Assembly (NCBI RefSeq): GCF_006345805.1
Contig: NW_021829275.1
Location: 1 to 6,653 of the forward strand
Source: Octopus sinensis
Taxonomy: Eukaryota
Length of the DNA: 6,653 nucleotides
Direction: 5' to 3'
Translations under genes and position numbers: made by a program
Notes under the pieces: generated by a model
What the model was told of the DNA's origin: nothing
The model's database searches: none
The model's input: only the letters and a program-made list of their open reading frames with translations
Shown: positions 6,033-6,653 of the stretch, piece after piece
Position numbering within the stretch: the first letter of the stretch is position 1
How the letters are laid out: each line of letters starts with the position of its first letter

Positions 6033-6653
6033 ATGGAGCCTGTTGAGTGTCGAGCAGTGATCCGGTTTTTGTATTTGAAAGGACGCACACCACAGGAGAC
6101 TTTTGATGAAATGAAGGTAACTTATGGTGATGATGCCCCATCATATGACCTTGTAAAACGCTGGCATCGTGAATTCAAATATGGTCAGAACTCTGTGGAA
6201 ACAGCTCCCAGATCTGGTCGCCCCCCTTCTGCCATTGATGAGGCATCTGTCCGTCAAGTTGAGGCTGCCATTTTGGAAGTTCGACGCATAACTATTCGCC
6301 AAATAGCCCATGAGGTCAAGATTAGTACCGGTTCTGTGGAAACTATCATTCATGACCATTTGCATATGCAAAAGGTGTCTGCCAGATGGATTCCCAGATT
6401 ACTCACACCTTTCCAGAAGCAAGAACGCGTCGAGTGCTTGAGGATGAATTCGGAGATGTGCCAAGAAGATGAGTCAAAGTTTTTCAAAAGACTGATTGCA
6501 CAGGATGAAACCTGGGTCCATCACTATGATCCAGAGACCAAAGCCCAGTCAATGCAGTGAAAGCACCGTGACTCACCTCCTCCAAAGAAGGCAAGGGTGC
6601 AGTCCTCCGCTGGCAAGGTCATGCTCACAGTCTTCTGGGACCAGGACGGAGTA
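6033..6653 (+). pseudogene. Mariner transposase with an in-frame nonsense codon (TGA at 6558-6560), 3'-incomplete in the window
   Basis: N-terminal HTH region (RAVIRFLYLKG...VKRWHREF, RSGRP), second HTH (RRITIRQIAHEVKISTGSVETII) and the WVPHEL-equivalent WIPRLL (aa 119-124). The first catalytic Asp is in QDETWVHHYDPE (D158, 6504-6506). After the TGA the same frame continues as KHRDSPPPKKARVQSSAGKVMLTVFWDQDGV, matching the mariner SAGKVM..VFWD motif. Confidence 0.92.

Larger units (their letters stand above)
5866..6653 (+). mobile_element. Tc1/mariner DNA transposon, mariner family, irritans-like; left part only, truncated by the window end
   Basis: TA target dinucleotide (5864-5865) followed by CGAGGGACGTTCAATAAGTAATG, which resembles the Hsmar2-type TIR start CGAGGGG.CTTCAAAAAGT. 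A 5' leader follows, then the transposase frame from 6033. Confidence 0.93.

Noticed and set aside
6141-6371. Minus-strand 76-aa ORF inside the transposase
   Set aside because: Antisense shadow of the transposase frame with no independent support.

Overview
Non-coding, repeat-dense eukaryotic DNA. The SINE families and extreme microsatellite load point to a coleoid cephalopod such as Octopus; this is inferred from recalled repeat consensuses, not from a search. The window holds a full-length tRNA-head CORE-SINE on the minus strand (477-818) with an 11-bp candidate target-site duplication. A second CORE-SINE on the plus strand (~2485-2731) shares the head and CORE but has a different 3' body. 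There is also a probable chimeric SINE remnant (274-393), extensive (TA)n/(CATA)n/(CA)n/(TC)n/(TCTA)n repeats, and the left ~790 bp of a mariner (irritans-like) DNA transposon. The transposase frame is open except for one TGA at a conserved Trp position (6558-6560). All other ORFs in the track appear to be repeat artefacts or unrecognisable chance ORFs. I see no convincing new multi-gene system. The best leads are the single-stop transposase, the modular inverted SINE pair, a 14-bp RFX X-box in a unique island between microsatellites, and a candidate minus-strand micro-exon.
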